NCBI GenBank assembly: GCA_012295275.1
Contig: CM022679.1
Coordinates: forward strand, 13,516,001-13,580,000
From: Chrysomallon squamiferum
Lineage: Eukaryota > Animalia > Mollusca
Direction of reading: 5' to 3'
DNA length: 64,000 nt
The notes under the pieces were generated by a model, which saw only the letters and a program-made list of their open reading frames with translations, searched no databases and was not told the origin of the DNA. Positions 1 to 14,016 of this stretch are shown here, piece by piece. Each line of letters begins with the position of its first letter. The first letter of the stretch is position 1. The position numbers and the translations under genes were made by a program.

Positions 1-404
1 CTTCATATTATCATGCAGTTATCAAAGTCACCATAATCATCATTATTGTTAGCAGCAGTAGTAGTAGCAGTAATAGTAGTTTTAATTCTATATTTTATAT
101 TTTAAAATTGTATATCTTTCAGTATTGTGTCTTTATGTGTGCATATGTGTGTATGTATGTATGTACATGGTTGTGTGTGTATCACGTTAATTAGTACTTT
201 TTTCTCTTCTCTTAAAGCAGTTTACAAACACACAGTTATCTTACTTATTCATTGTGGGGTTGTTTTGGATTGTTTTTTTTTTTTTTTTTGTTAATCTGTA
301 CTGCTATGGACTTTTAACTAGTTCAGTAACAGGCTTTACAAGATAGTATTGAAACAATTATAAAATCTTTCGTAATATACACGTACATTTTATCATTGTT
401 TCAG

Positions 405-2035
405 GCTGTCCACATATGTCAAAGGACCAATGTGTGCCTGCTGGCAGCACTGTGGAAATCAATTGTGCCGTATACAAATGTCGAGTTACAAAAACATCCA
501 CAACGTACACTCGTGGGCTAAGAGTAATAACTGCAGGTACAGCTTTCGTTTTGTTCTTTTATTTTAACTACACTTAGGCAAATGAGACAAACATCTGATT
601 TTGTTTTTCTTACACAAAGATTTTATTTAAAAATATGTTAATGTTAATTCTGACAGAAACGATATCCACTGAATGAATTCATTTATGTCTATGGTTACCA
701 CTTGGCAATCAAGTGTTACTGCCTCATTTCAAAAAAACTAGTTACAGCCATGATAATGATAAATAAGGTGAATGACAAGTACTGTACTGTAAGCTGTAGT
801 CATCTGGTTATATCTGGTTATAATATGAATTTTTGAGATTTCCACAATCAATTTGCATCTCTGCCTCATTTGACTTTTTCTCTTTTTTAACAATCAGTAT
901 CTCATAAGAGAAACAATGGAAGCTGTTGATATTGTTCTTTCAGGTTCATGCAAGGATGGATATTAAAGATTTATTGTTAACAGTATCACATGCAGAAATG
1001 ACAGCTAGTTTCCGTTCTAAAAATCATCATTATATAACAATATATTTCACAGCATCGAATTTTAGAAACATGGTCAGGTACATATACACATACACATTCA
1101 TTCATTTAGATATGTGTTGCCAGAAAGTTACTTTTTACCACATTTTTATTTAATATGCAATATTAAGAATATTTAATACATGTAAAGTTTTGAAAACATA
1201 AAACTGTTTTCTTTATTACAGGATGTCGCACCCATGGCAAATGTTTGAAAGCAAATGCAACACAGCAGTTTGGCTGTAATGTATATAAATGTGTTGAGAA
1301 GCAATTATCACCAGGAAGATTACAGAGTCGAACAGAAATCATTTCCTATGGTAAGTCAGTGACATCTTCAAATATTGGTTGGTGAACATCTGTGACTACA
1401 TTGTCTGTTCTTGAATAGTAGATAAACTGATTATTTTCGTCTTAAAGTCAAGGTTGCATCACAGATTAGCTCGTACTCTTTTCACATTATGGTCAAGGTT
1501 GTCTCATTAACACCCATTGCCTATTTAGTTAACACATTCTCTGTCTCACAGTTTATCATAAAAATAATGCATCGTTAAGTGTAACAAAATGTATTTCTGT
1601 TTTATCAGGCTATTTCTACTTCTAGCAGTACTTTGCTACTTCTTCTTTTACAATAGTAATGACTACTGGCTAACAGTACCTCTGCTTCTAATACTAAAAC
1701 TACTTCAGTTACTACTACAACTACCCTTGCTACTACAAGAATGTTTCTACTAATACTGCCATGTTTAGTCATTATCATCATTGTCATCAGGAGCATCTTC
1801 ATTATTGTTGTTGTTGTTGTTGTTGTTGTTACTGTTGTTATTATTATTAAGTATATTATTATTCTGTGTTTTAGGATGCAAAAGTGATGAAGGAAAATGT
1901 TATAAGCCTGATTCTAAAGAAAAATATAAGCGTAATGTACTGTACGAAGGTACCAACTATACTTGTGATTGTCAATGTAAACGCAATGGAAAATATTCAA
2001 AACATGATTGTAAGAACTGCATACCATTAAAATAG
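405..2035 (+). CDS. 3' part (last three coding exons: 405-536, 1222-1350, 1875-2035) of an uncharacterised, probably secreted protein built from 4-Cys repeat modules
   Basis: Three phase-1 exons with AG/GT boundaries join in frame: (G)CPHMSKDQCVPAGSTVEINCAVYKCRVTKTSTTYTRGLRVITA / GCRTHGKCLKANATQQFGCNVYKCVEKQLSPGRLQSRTEIISY / GCKSDEGKCYKPDSKEKYKRNVLYEGTNYTCDCQCKRNGKYSKHDCKNCIPLK*. There is one GC..C...C.VYKC module per exon and an AATAAA at ~2082. The 5' exons lie left of the window. Confidence 0.8.
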
Positions 2036-2108
2036 TCTCCAGCTATACTTAAGTTGTATATCAATATTTTATGATTGTTAAAAATAAATATATGAATGAA
2101 TGAATGAA

Positions 2109-2142
<34 letters not shown>

Positions 2143-3562
2143 TAAAAAGTAAGAAAAATGAAATGTAACTAAACAGTAATGATGACTGTAACTGAATTAA
2201 CTGTTATTGTTATCGTTATTTTATTATTATTATTATTATTATTACTGTTATTATTATTTAGTGTGTTTGTTTTGTTCTTTTTTGGGGGGGAGGTTAGAAA
2301 TAAATAAATAAATAATCTTTTATCAAAAAGAATGAAAAATGGAGGGAAAAAAGCCAGTTACAATATTATTTTTTCAAACGGGAATCATAGATGATATATA
2401 ACAGATACACCACTGATTTGCCTGAACTCTTGGTTTCAAAGCCATCCCGAATTATACCTAATTCAGAATCGAAAAATGTCACAGTAATAATTCAACAATA
2501 CATCTTTGAACAACTCCGCTTTCCTAGAACACAATTCAAGATAAAACTAATATTTATTCCTTAAATAAAATTCGTTAATACAAATGGTACAAATTTATTA
2601 ATATTGGCTCCATAAATAAAAAAAGAGATTATTAATTAAAAGTTTAGTTCAGATGTTCGATTGTAATTTTGCCACTTCTGGTCTAAAGAGGTTCCGGACC
2701 ATTGATCCGGGAAATTGATCGTGTAGCTGTTTATTGTTCTTTTCATATGATAAACATTTTTGTTATTTATTTAAACGATATTTTAATATTATTTTAGGTG
2801 GTGGTATTTCATAAGCAATGTTAGCAGATTGAAACAACATTTTAAAGTATATTTTCACCTACACGTTACTTCATTATTTCTGCTATATTCATTATGACAC
2901 ACCTGCTGACTTCATGTCTTGCTGCCAGTTATTAGGTTTATGATACGGCCGAGTCATTACATTAAAATTAATCCTAAAACTGTTGATCATTATTTTGTTT
3001 AGGTTAGGGGATTATATATATATATATTAAAAAGTTAAATAAATAATATTTAGTTAAATATCAGTAATAAACCTAGTATAATTTAGATTAAAGTAAAACA
3101 GGAATAAACTTTAAAAATTAATGTCCAATCTTTTTCTTCGTCGTCTTTCTTTTTTTTTTTTTTTCTTTTTTTCCCTAATTTTTCATTACAGAACACTAAT
3201 TGTTAATACATTTTTAATGATGAAATTTTAAAAACTGTAAATGACAATAAAACTCATTCTCTTAAGGATTATTTGATGATTTTTATTTTAATTTATTTTA
3301 TTATATTGTCTTTTATTGTTTAATTGTTTTAAAAATAAACGTAGCAAGGACCGACGCATGTAAATCAAGAGGAGACCACTCCTGATACGTCAGGAAGATA
3401 TATTTTTATATTTCTCAAATAACGAGCGATTTCACAGTTTTCATTTTACAGGACAAAACTACCTGGGGCGTGGTTGGGGAACTTGCGCAAGGTTCTCTAA
3501 TCTCAGGAATTTTTATATCGCGGAGAGTGATCTCCCCTATTTCGTGGCCATGACGTCTTTTT

Positions 3563-3594
<32 letters not shown>

Positions 3595-3799
3595 TTGTTC
3601 ATACATACATACATACATACATACATAAACATACAAATAAAAGGAAAAAGGAAAAATATTTTTAAAATAATTAATTCTTAAATTTTCCACATTTATCTGT
3701 TAAATTATAGTTCACATCAAACATTTCAGAATCATTTCATTTTATTTTTTATTTTTTTTTATTTTTATTTTTTAGGGGGAAGGTTAGGAGATATTATCA

Positions 3800-3835
<36 letters not shown>

Positions 3836-5217
3836 AGTACGGATGCACGTTTCACATTGGTGGCGGGTACACTATGCTTTAGGACAATAAAAACAACATA
3901 TGTCAGTCTTAATGCTACAAAAAATAATAATGTAAAAGATGTGAAATACGAAATAAAGAAACAACTGCAGTAATGTTTCAAGTGTTGATGTTTTCAATAT
4001 TTTGACAGAGAAAGAGAGAGAGAGAGAGAGAGATGTTAATAAAATACATATCTATGCTATGCTCTTGAAAACTACTAGACTTATCGTTACAAATCCTAGC
4101 AAACGTAATTTCAGATTCATGCAGTGTAATAAAAAACTATAATTAAAAAAAGACTGATTAATGAAAAAAATTGATTGAAATAAAAAGCAGTGAAATTTTA
4201 TATATCGTGTCTGCTTAATAAAATTGTTAATAATGAACAGTTAGGTCTTATTTGTAAAAAGCAATTCGGTTATATATATATAATAATAAAAAAAAATAAA
4301 AAAATAAAACTTTATTAAATGTAAATAATTATTAAATAAAAGCTTTAACATTTAGAAACCATCATAGACTACATAGATACATGCAGAATTTTTGAAAAGG
4401 GAACGATATAACGGTGACATATAAATATAAAAAATACAATACAATATAATAAAATAAATAGTAATAATAATAATAACTGAAGTAGTAATAATAATAGTAG
4501 CAGTAATATTAGCATTACTTATCATGATGTCGATAATAAATAAATATATAATTTTTATTTAATTTTTAATTCATTTATTTTATTTTGTTTTATTTGTTTT
4601 AAATTTTTTTTATTTCTTAGTGTTTTTGACAAAAACAAATAAACTGTTTAGAAACTAACTATTACAGTAACATCAGTCTTCACATATTTCAGTCTGACAA
4701 AAATTAAATTAGGTGTCTTCTGTCAGAATTCACAAATGTTAGAAATCGCCAAAAGATTTAAAACTTAGGAGTAAGTAAACGTTTTATGTTATAAATGAGA
4801 AATTATAATAGCTCATTGTTATTATCCCCCTTGTTGAAAATGTTAGGAAGTCGAAGTTCAGGAAATAGCTTGTCTTTCCAGTTTCTTATCTCTGGACTAG
4901 TTTGCGATGTTTGAAAACCTCTATCTGATTTCCTAAGCTTTAACACACTATAATATTAAAACGGTTGAATCCCAACTAATTTAGTCGAAATTTTCCGAAA
5001 ACAAAATTCTCTTATTGTTCTTTTTCTGTTCTTATTATTTTAAGTAACAAAATATAAAATACATTTTAGTGAACTTGTTTCACTGATGTTAAAACCGTAA
5101 ACAGAGATACTGTAAACGTATTTTCAATCAATAAGATTACATAAATAAATAAATAAATACCTGAAAGTTCTCATTTATGATGGCGTTTGTTCGTTTATGT
5201 CGAATCACCTAGCGACG

Positions 5218-5234
5218 CTATATATATGACGTCA
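5218..5234. promoter_or_regulatory. TATA-like run followed by a perfect CRE palindrome (TGACGTCA, 5227-5234), possibly upstream regulatory DNA of P4HA
   Basis: Motif match only, in a locally CpG-richer patch ~1.5 kb upstream of the P4HA ATG. Confidence 0.25.
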
Positions 5235-5339
5235 ACAGTGATTAGTGACTTCGTAAGTAGAAATACATCTGCAAAAAACAACAACTAAATGTTAGCTAGC
5301 CACATTAAAACTGCGATGTCCAGTGACTGCAGTAAAATT

Positions 5340-5343
<4 letters not shown>

Positions 5344-5424
<81 letters not shown>
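5344..5424. repeat. compound (CT)n(CA)n microsatellite
   Basis: Directly visible. Confidence 0.95.
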
Positions 5425-5425
<1 letters not shown>

Positions 5426-6708
5426 TTCCTAAGGAATTTCTGTTAAGGCTAACGAATATAAACAACGAAGTTCAGCTTCCAGAACAGAAATGTCAAATTT
5501 GGCATGTAGGACATTACTCATTTTCATCAAACATGACTTAGTTTTCTGCATTATGTTCTGATCTGTGTTATTTTGGGGAACCGTCTAAATTTTCTATGAT
5601 ATTAATTTCTAATTTTTAAAATTATTGTAGTGAAAAACATGGTGTAAGAAGATAATAATAATAATAATACAAAATTATAACACAAATAAGAAACAACGAA
5701 AGATACAAACAAAACCAATCCAAAAATTTAGCACAGTATTTCAGTTTATTATTAACACTAATAACTAAATACTAATTTCGTTCTGAATAAATGTGTCTCT
5801 TGTTCATAAATAAAACTTAAAAAAAAAAAAAATGTTTTTATTTTTTGAGGAGTGAAACATGATGAACGAAAATAAAAAATAAAAGTATATGAAAGAATGT
5901 CTTACAATAATAATTTAATTTTCACTATTGTTCATTACTTATTACTATTATTATTTAGTTTACAAATATTAGGACTTGACTTCTAACTTTATATATAAAA
6001 AAGCAGAAAGTAATAAACAATTATTGAAAATATATTTTTCTGCATATATTTTAAGAAGCTTAGGCTACATAAAACAGTCACAAACAAATATTTTTTGTTT
6101 AAGTATACATATAGTTTTTAAATGTTTCTATGGAAATGTATGAAAAAGGTGATTAATAACTCATTTTGTTTAATATTGTTATTATAATGTTATTTCCACA
6201 TTGTATGTATTCGTTTAAAAAGATTATGTTCATTATTTTATGCTAGTATATAAATTTTTTCAATCATTTTTTCAATCGTTACAATGGATTTCAATTTGAT
6301 TTTCTTTTAGCCGGCGTTCGCGTGAACCTGAATAATAGTGCTAAAATCAAATGATTCTGATCAAGGGAAACAACTCAGAATTTATTTAAAAGATAAAAAG
6401 CATCTTATTCTCTGGTGATGAAACCTAAGGGGAAGAACTCATATATGTATTAATTCGTAACCAAAAACATATTTTCAAGAATTTCAGACGACATTTTTTA
6501 CCAGAATATTCATTTGTCCGATGCGGTCGTTCATATTTTGGGTGTGTTTTTTCTTCTCTAAAACATAGCATAACTTAATTACGAAATTTTTGTATATCAT
6601 TTATTATTATTTCCAACGCCAAAAAAAAACCCCAAAAACCCCAACCCCAACAATTTAAGTAACCTTATATGATTAAAACAGTTTTTATTTTCATTTTATT
6701 TTAAAACA

Positions 6709-6881
6709 ATGGGCATATTTAATATAATTTTGGTGTTTGCCTGCGTGGCACCGTGGACTGTGGCTGAAATATTTACATCCATGGCACAGCTCGAGGTATC
6801 ACTGCACGCAGAAAAGGATCTCGCCTATGCACTTAGATTATACATACAGAATGAAGAAGCAAGATTAAGCAAATTAAAAAG
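6709..6881 (+). CDS. P4HA: prolyl 4-hydroxylase alpha subunit, first coding exon (signal peptide plus start of the P4Ha_N domain)
   Basis: Translates MGIFNIILVFACVAPWTVA-EIFTSMAQLEVSLHAEKDLAYALRLYIQNEEARLSKLK, ending AG|gtaaaa (phase 2). This matches the P4HA mature N-terminus pattern E(F/I)FTS...L...EKDL...L..YI..EE..L..IK after a signal peptide. It is too short for the ORF track. No later exon was recognised in the window. Confidence 0.85.
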
Positions 6882-9800
6882 GTAAAATTTTGCATATTTT
6901 TTTTCTTACTATAGTTAATAATAATAATAATATCAACAGAAATAATGCCAAAAAAAAAAAAAAAAAAAAAATAACATTGACAGTTATGATTATGGCGTTA
7001 GCGGATGATGAAACAAATAATTACACAATAATCATGCAAACTTAGGATGGTAATGTTGATGGTGTTAAACCATGATATTTATAAAATGTATCTTCAGCTT
7101 GTGAAACTGAGGCAAACAACAGTGTAGAGATGCATGGGCGGAGAAACACGGTGAGGCTAGCTTTACCAAGGAGTGTGTACGTCATACACAATACAACCAG
7201 TCACGAAACGTTCAAAGTGATCACCATCCTTAAAGGTATACCTGTCTAATCAGACGTACATAAATAAGACAGAGAATATTCAGAATTCTAAACTACACAC
7301 TTGCCACTGCCAGGTTTCCCACAAAAAATAGATGCACGCAAAAATGACGAAAGACAAAAAGAACAGTGTGCTTCGGAGGAAGCGACGATTACCCTCGGTT
7401 ACTGAGCAACCTGTTTAAGGTTGTCTCGATGGTCGAACGGTAACATTTAAATGTCTAATACTGTGGTGTGATCGACTGTTTTTTTAATACTGTGTAATTG
7501 TGTCATAATCCATGACAGTAAAACTAGGACAGGTAATCTCGTCTTGACAGTTCGGTGGAAATAAAGTGGATTGGTACCCACCTCTATTTTTTAATTATTA
7601 GTTCTAAGTGAACGATGGTAGTTTATAATGTTTAACTACTAGGATTTAAAGGGTTAAGCGCTAAACGCTATGCTAAACATGGTCCAGTAACAACAATAAC
7701 AAATAATAATAATAATAAAAAAAAATAACAACAGCAATAATAACAAAACTATTATTTATTATTATTAGAAAAACATAACGCTGACAAACACTAAAGCAAA
7801 CACGAACAGTATCACAGTATTATAGCAATGATAACAATTTCACAGTACTATATCAACTATAACAACAAGATCACTGTACTCTAGCAACTGTAACAACACT
7901 AAACAATACAATAAAAAAAACCCATAAACTATACTATAAAGGAAGTATTAAATATCACAAGTACAAACTTAAGTAATGAGATTTCATATATAGCCCGTAA
8001 TATAGCATGGTATTAGATGCAGCTCTTTTTGTTCTTTTCGTGTACTTTAGCCGTCTAACAGCTCATGCATATCCCCTGTCCAAACTATCCCTGGGGTTAA
8101 AGAGTACTAGACTGTTTACACCTAGAATGTATTCTGGCTGCTCCCACAGAACTGGTTTATAAAAACACTAAATATTTTCAGAGTTCAAGATCTTTTTACA
8201 CTTCAAGAATTAAAATTATGTTACAAACTATAACAAAGTATGGATCAGACATACATTTTTTGTAAACATCCGAACATTTACATGTATTATTTTTGTTTTG
8301 TTTTACTGAGCTTTTCATTCAGTGCAAACGGATATGCTGATTTGGCAAATAAATGATCCAAACCATTTTCTTGTTTATTGATAAATGATCTAACAAAACT
8401 TATAATTATATCTAAACGCTTGTTAGTGTTGTATTTTTGTTTGTTACAACACTGAAGTGATCCGAGTCATTCTCAAGATCCTATGTGAATTGTGTGTGGC
8501 CTAAACTGACTGTATCATGTCATTCATGTTATCTTCTTTGAGTATAATGGGCATTTAAATAGGGACCAACTTATGAGTAATACAAGAGCGTATAATCTGT
8601 AAGTCAAAATATTCCCCGGAACATAAAGAGCTATTTTACACCATGGGGTAGACCAAGAATAGTCTGGCGAGGATTTAATCTTGTCTGTTTCACTGGTATC
8701 TGATGATATCTTCGTACAAACTTAATTAAGATGGTGCCGGTGTAAAATAATATTTGTTCCCCTAGGTCACATAGAACATGAGTTTGTTTATTCTCACCGT
8801 CATAATCACTGGTGTAAATCAAAATGAAGGGTCTCATCAGTTGTTTTACTTCGACACTTCAGGTTCAAAGAGACGACTTAGGTCCAGACATTTTGACAAA
8901 AGCTGTGTTCTTGTAGAACATTAATTTAAAAGACTGAGACACAAAATGCAACATATTTCTAAAAGAGGACATTCATAGGCCTGCAGTAAGTTATCGATAA
9001 TAAAAAAAAAAAATTATCAATGAAAAATGGATTTAGGGATGAATGTTTTCATCATCATTTCAAAAAAGGTGTTTTCAAGATGGGAGTTGTGTTCAAGTAC
9101 CCAGACAAATATATCCCCCAGTTATATCTTTAATTGTGTTTGTATGAATCCCTATTTGCAGTGGTGTTTAGTCACGTTTCAAATGATACCCCCAGTATAC
9201 AGTAATTACAACAAAGAGAATTCAGAACTATTCCTTAAAAAATAATAAGGGTGTGTGGGGGGATACATATTTATATAAAGAGCTATTTTACACCATGGGA
9301 TAGACCTAGAATAGTCTGGCGAGGATTTAATCTTGTCTGTTTCACTGGTATCTGATGATATCATCGTACAAAACTTAATTTAGATGGTGCCGGTGTAAAA
9401 GAATATTTCTGATCTCATTCATAGGCCTGCAATAGGGTTATCGATAATAAAAAATGATCAATGGATTTAGGGATGAATGTTTTCACCTTCATTTTAAAAA
9501 AGGAAAATCCCTGTTTTCAAGATGGGAGTAGTGATCAGGTACACATCTACAATTATAATTGTGTTTATATGAATCTCTATTTGCAGTGGTGTTTAGTCAG
9601 TTTTAATTGCTACCCACAGTATAGAGTAATTACAACAAATAGAATTCAGAACTATACTTGAAAAAATAATAAAGGTGTGGGGAAACAAATATTCATAAGG
9701 GGAATACAAACATTCTTTCCAAGTGGAATAACTGTTTTGGGGGAACAAATATTGTTTGACACCGGCATTCAAAATTATTTGAAAAGGAGTTGTGAAAGAA

Positions 9801-10141
9801 AAGTCTAAGAATTCCTGCTTTAAATTACTTAGCATTTGTTTCTGGCTATCGTTTTATAAATGCTAAAAACATGCTGACATAATAACATATATATCAATAA
9901 TAAGACATTTGGATCCTAAGAAGAATTCCTTCTATGTTTGGAATGAATTCATGTACACTCTTACAGTGAACCTTCGACATAATTATTACTGAAGCATACA
10001 TTACATATCAATAAAGGCAAACACTTCAAAACAAAATATTAATATATCTGTAATAATTACACATATAGCACAAACAAAACTGAAATGTCTACAATAATCA
10101 AATATGTTAATACTAAGTTAATTCTACTGTTGTTCTATCAG

Positions 10142-10258
10142 CTTGCGGCGATGGTTATGGACACTGTACTGAAGTAGGAAAAACAATCAAGAAAGGATGT
10201 ATGGAACTGAAGTGTCTCAGGGAAATTTCTAAATGTGGCCTTGTTCCATTTAAAGGAG
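10142..10258 (+). other. orphan 117-nt phase 1-1 exon encoding a Cys-repeat module like those of the gene at 405-2035
   Basis: ttctatcag|CT TGC...GGA G|gtgagt. Translates (x)CGDGYGHCTEVGKTIKKGCMELKCLREISKCGLVPFKG(G). No partner exons were identified nearby. Confidence 0.6.
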
Positions 10259-11103
10259 GTGAGTATTTCAGTTTATATAATTACCTCTCATTAAAGAAAA
10301 AAACAAAAAAAAAAAAACCACCTAGTTATCTGTACTTGTGAAGAAGAAGAAGAAAAAACCAAATATTTTTTGGTATGATTTGTTAGACTATTATAACAGT
10401 GAAATGTTTGTATCTAGAACAACAGTAGTATATTAGTTGTGTTAGAACATGTACATTATAATGTGAGCGTCATAATGATATGACCTTATTTTCGTTCTGT
10501 ATTGTGTTTACCTTTGTTTATAAATGTTTACCATTTGTTATATAACATTGTTTACATGTAATTTTGCATATTTGGTTCAGTAAAATAAAATAAAATAGAG
10601 TAAAATAAAATAAAATTAAATTAAAAATTAAATTAATACATAAATAAAATAAAATAAAATAAATAAGGAAACAAACAAATTAATTAATAAATTAATAGAT
10701 AAATAAATAATAAAATAAATCGATAAAGTGAAATAAAAAATAAGATAAAATAAATAAATTTTAAAAATAAAATAAATTCAAAAAATAAAAAAAAATTAAA
10801 TTAAATTATATTAAATAAATAAATAAATATAATTCAATAAAATAAAATAAATATATAAAAACTGAAATAAAATGCAATGAAATGAAAAAGTAAATAAATA
10901 AAATAAAATAAAATAAATAAATAAATAAATAAATATATAAAATCAAATAAAATGAATAGCAAATAATTAAAAAAAAAAAAAAAAAAATAATGAAATATAA
11001 AATAAAATAAAAGAAATATAAAAAAATAAAAGAAATTTAAAAAAAATAAAAGAAATTAAATTAAATTAAATAAATAAGAAATTTCTTTTTTTGCTGTTAC
11101 CGT

Positions 11104-12797
11104 TTATGAATACAGTTTTCCAGCGTTTTCCCCTTCTTTATCTTCGGCTGGAATCACTGTTTTCAGTTCATTTGGAAGACCAGATCCATTTGGAATATGT
11201 TTGTTCTTATTATGTATGGTAATCACTATATCATCACCATCAACAGCAATGGTCTGGTCAGCAGTGTTTCTGTTTCTGTTTCTGTTTCTGGAATTCTGTC
11301 CAACACGATGATCTTCATCTGTTTCACTTATTTCCTGACATGACACACTTCCAGAACTTCTTCTGTAGTGTTTTCTATTAGTATCAACATCCTCTCCTTC
11401 TTTTTCATCACTGCTGCAGTGGATGTTCCCGTTGGGAACTGCCTGACACAAAGTTGTTGTATCTGTGTCCCCAGCTCCATCTCCTGCCTCAGTCTGAGAT
11501 TCAGCACACCCGTTCTGCAACACCATCTTGTTCCCTAGAAATATTAAAACTGAATATACTCATATCTTTTATTAGTCACTTGTGTAACTCCATGAGAAAA
11601 AACAAAACAACAACAACCAAATAAATAAATAAATAAATTTAAAAAATAAAATAAAATAAATAAATATTAAAACGAAAGTGAAATAAACTTTGTTAAAAAT
11701 ATAAGAATATATTAGTAAGAAATTACTGTTTCATTGTACAACTCATACAAATCACATGTCATCTACAAATTTTACATAGCATTAATGTTATTCTCATAAT
11801 TACTCTGAAATTCACGTAATAGCATAAGTCAGAAATTGTTATGAACTGAACAAAAATTAATATTTTACAGCAGCGAGACAGCAAGACGTTAAAGAAAATA
11901 TTTTACACAAAATAATTTTGTTTGTTCAAATTAACATTAGTGATCTTCATTTCACCTTAATGTAGGGCTTTACTTTGACGGTATGAACAAGTGTATCTCC
12001 TATGACAACTTTTTTTTAATGACAACTAATCTTTGCTAATGATAAAGTATTACAATAAAGATGTATTGTAATTTTCTGCCTTTATTTGCATCAATAATGA
12101 TCACATTATTTCGTTTGATGAGGACTGATTTGTTGTAAGTTGTCAGAAAAAGATTTCCTGTATCCAAATTAGCATGGACTCATACTTTAGATTGTATGGA
12201 TAAGACCAGTATGATTCAATAATTATTATTTCCTGCATTTATGTATGTATCTGTACATATGTATATGTATATATACATTGGCAAATGAGTAAGTGAATGA
12301 TGCATGCATGAGTGAGCGAGTGAAAAAATTAACATATTATTATGATCAAGCTATTTTCAAGTATGCTTGTCACAGTAAAACAGACTATGGCAGATAATAA
12401 AAAAGCAGCAATATTCATTAAATACATTTAAATACAAAAAGTAATTAATGGGAAGTCATTAGACTCAAACATTTGGGAAATCTTACAATTACATTCAAAC
12501 ATTAGGGAAATCATACAAATAGACTCAAATATTTTTTATAATTCACTCAAAATATATGTATGCAGGTAGCTATCCAGTTACACATGCATTTGCAAAGGTA
12601 AGAAATGTAGCAGATCATATGCTAGTTCTGGACCAAGAACATGATACTATATCCATTCTTTATTATTAGGAAAAAACTGGTTAGAAGAAACAAATAAAAT
12701 ACTGAAAGAATACACAGTGGATTTTGACCACTGATTGATGTGTAACAAGAAATTTATATACTTTGACAGAATTGAAATTAATCTGACTTGAAACATA

Positions 12798-12851
<54 letters not shown>

Positions 12852-13553
12852 ACTTCGATAACTGGAAATATAGATATGTGAATTCACCTGCTGTATTTTC
12901 TTTTGTCAATAGTTCTGTTTCTTCTTCTTTAGTTTTTTGTTCATGTTTGTTTTTGCTCAGTTTTCTCCGTTTTAGGAAAAACACTACACCTGCAATCAAT
13001 AATGCTGCTGCTGCTGCTATTAGACATGCTATGAAAAGTGCTTTATAAAGGACCTCATTACACTGTGGAAGATCTGAAATAAAAATCACCTTCAGAAACA
13101 ACATGCAAAAATGTATACATACTTTCATACAAACCCATATGGATGCATACATACTTTCGTACACACACACACACACATTAACACATATACATACCCTAAC
13201 ACACATGCACACACTAATGCACACACTAACGCACACATGCACGCATACACACTATACATACATACACACACAAACATATATACAAACACACATAGATACA
13301 AACATACAAACATACATTTATCGTCATATACACATCCAGACAAAAACATATATTCACATACACACACATATATACATAAACACATTTATTATTTTGTGGC
13401 TGTAATAATAACGAGCCTTACCTTTCATGTTCTGTTTAACAAGGAAATCTGAAACAAAAAACAAAAAAATAATAATCTGGTGAAATAAACAGAGAAAAGT
13501 TGTATGTGTAACTTTGTGTAGATCTATGTGACTATTTATTTTGTTTTTTATTT

Positions 13554-13584
<31 letters not shown>

Positions 13585-13963
13585 TTTTATTTATTTATTT
13601 ATTTATTATTTATTTTAATTTTATTTATTTATTTATTTGTCAAATAACAAGACACATAATAAGAATGTTACAGTACTGTTATAAAATATAGTATCATTTA
13701 GCCTAGAAAGACCTGCTTTATAGACACATTTTAAAACATACACATAGCAAAACATTTCTTATTTTAGCTAATAAAACACATAATCATTCATAAATATTCA
13801 AACGCACGCTACACACCCGCACTAACACATATACATACCCTAACACACTTGCACATACTAACACACTATACATACATTCGCACAAACTTATATACAAACA
13901 CAGATACATACAAATGTACAAACATACATATATCCTCATAAACACATCCAGACAAAAACATAT

Positions 13964-14016
<53 letters not shown>

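Noticed and set aside
3415-3690. 91-aa minus-strand ORF
   Set aside because: Half of it is microsatellite-derived and the remainder has no recognisable homology or splice support.
7090-7470. CpG-rich block downstream of the P4HA exon
   Set aside because: It is probably a TE fragment, but I found no termini, TSD or coding motif to support a call.
8000-9850. Higher-complexity block with short ORFs (MRPFILIYTSDYDGENKQTHVL.., MDLGMNVF..), repeated at ~21.5-22.8 kb and ~52.3-55.2 kb
   Set aside because: Frames are broken differently among copies, and I recognise no motif or consistent splice structure. Treated as duplicated non-coding or relic DNA.
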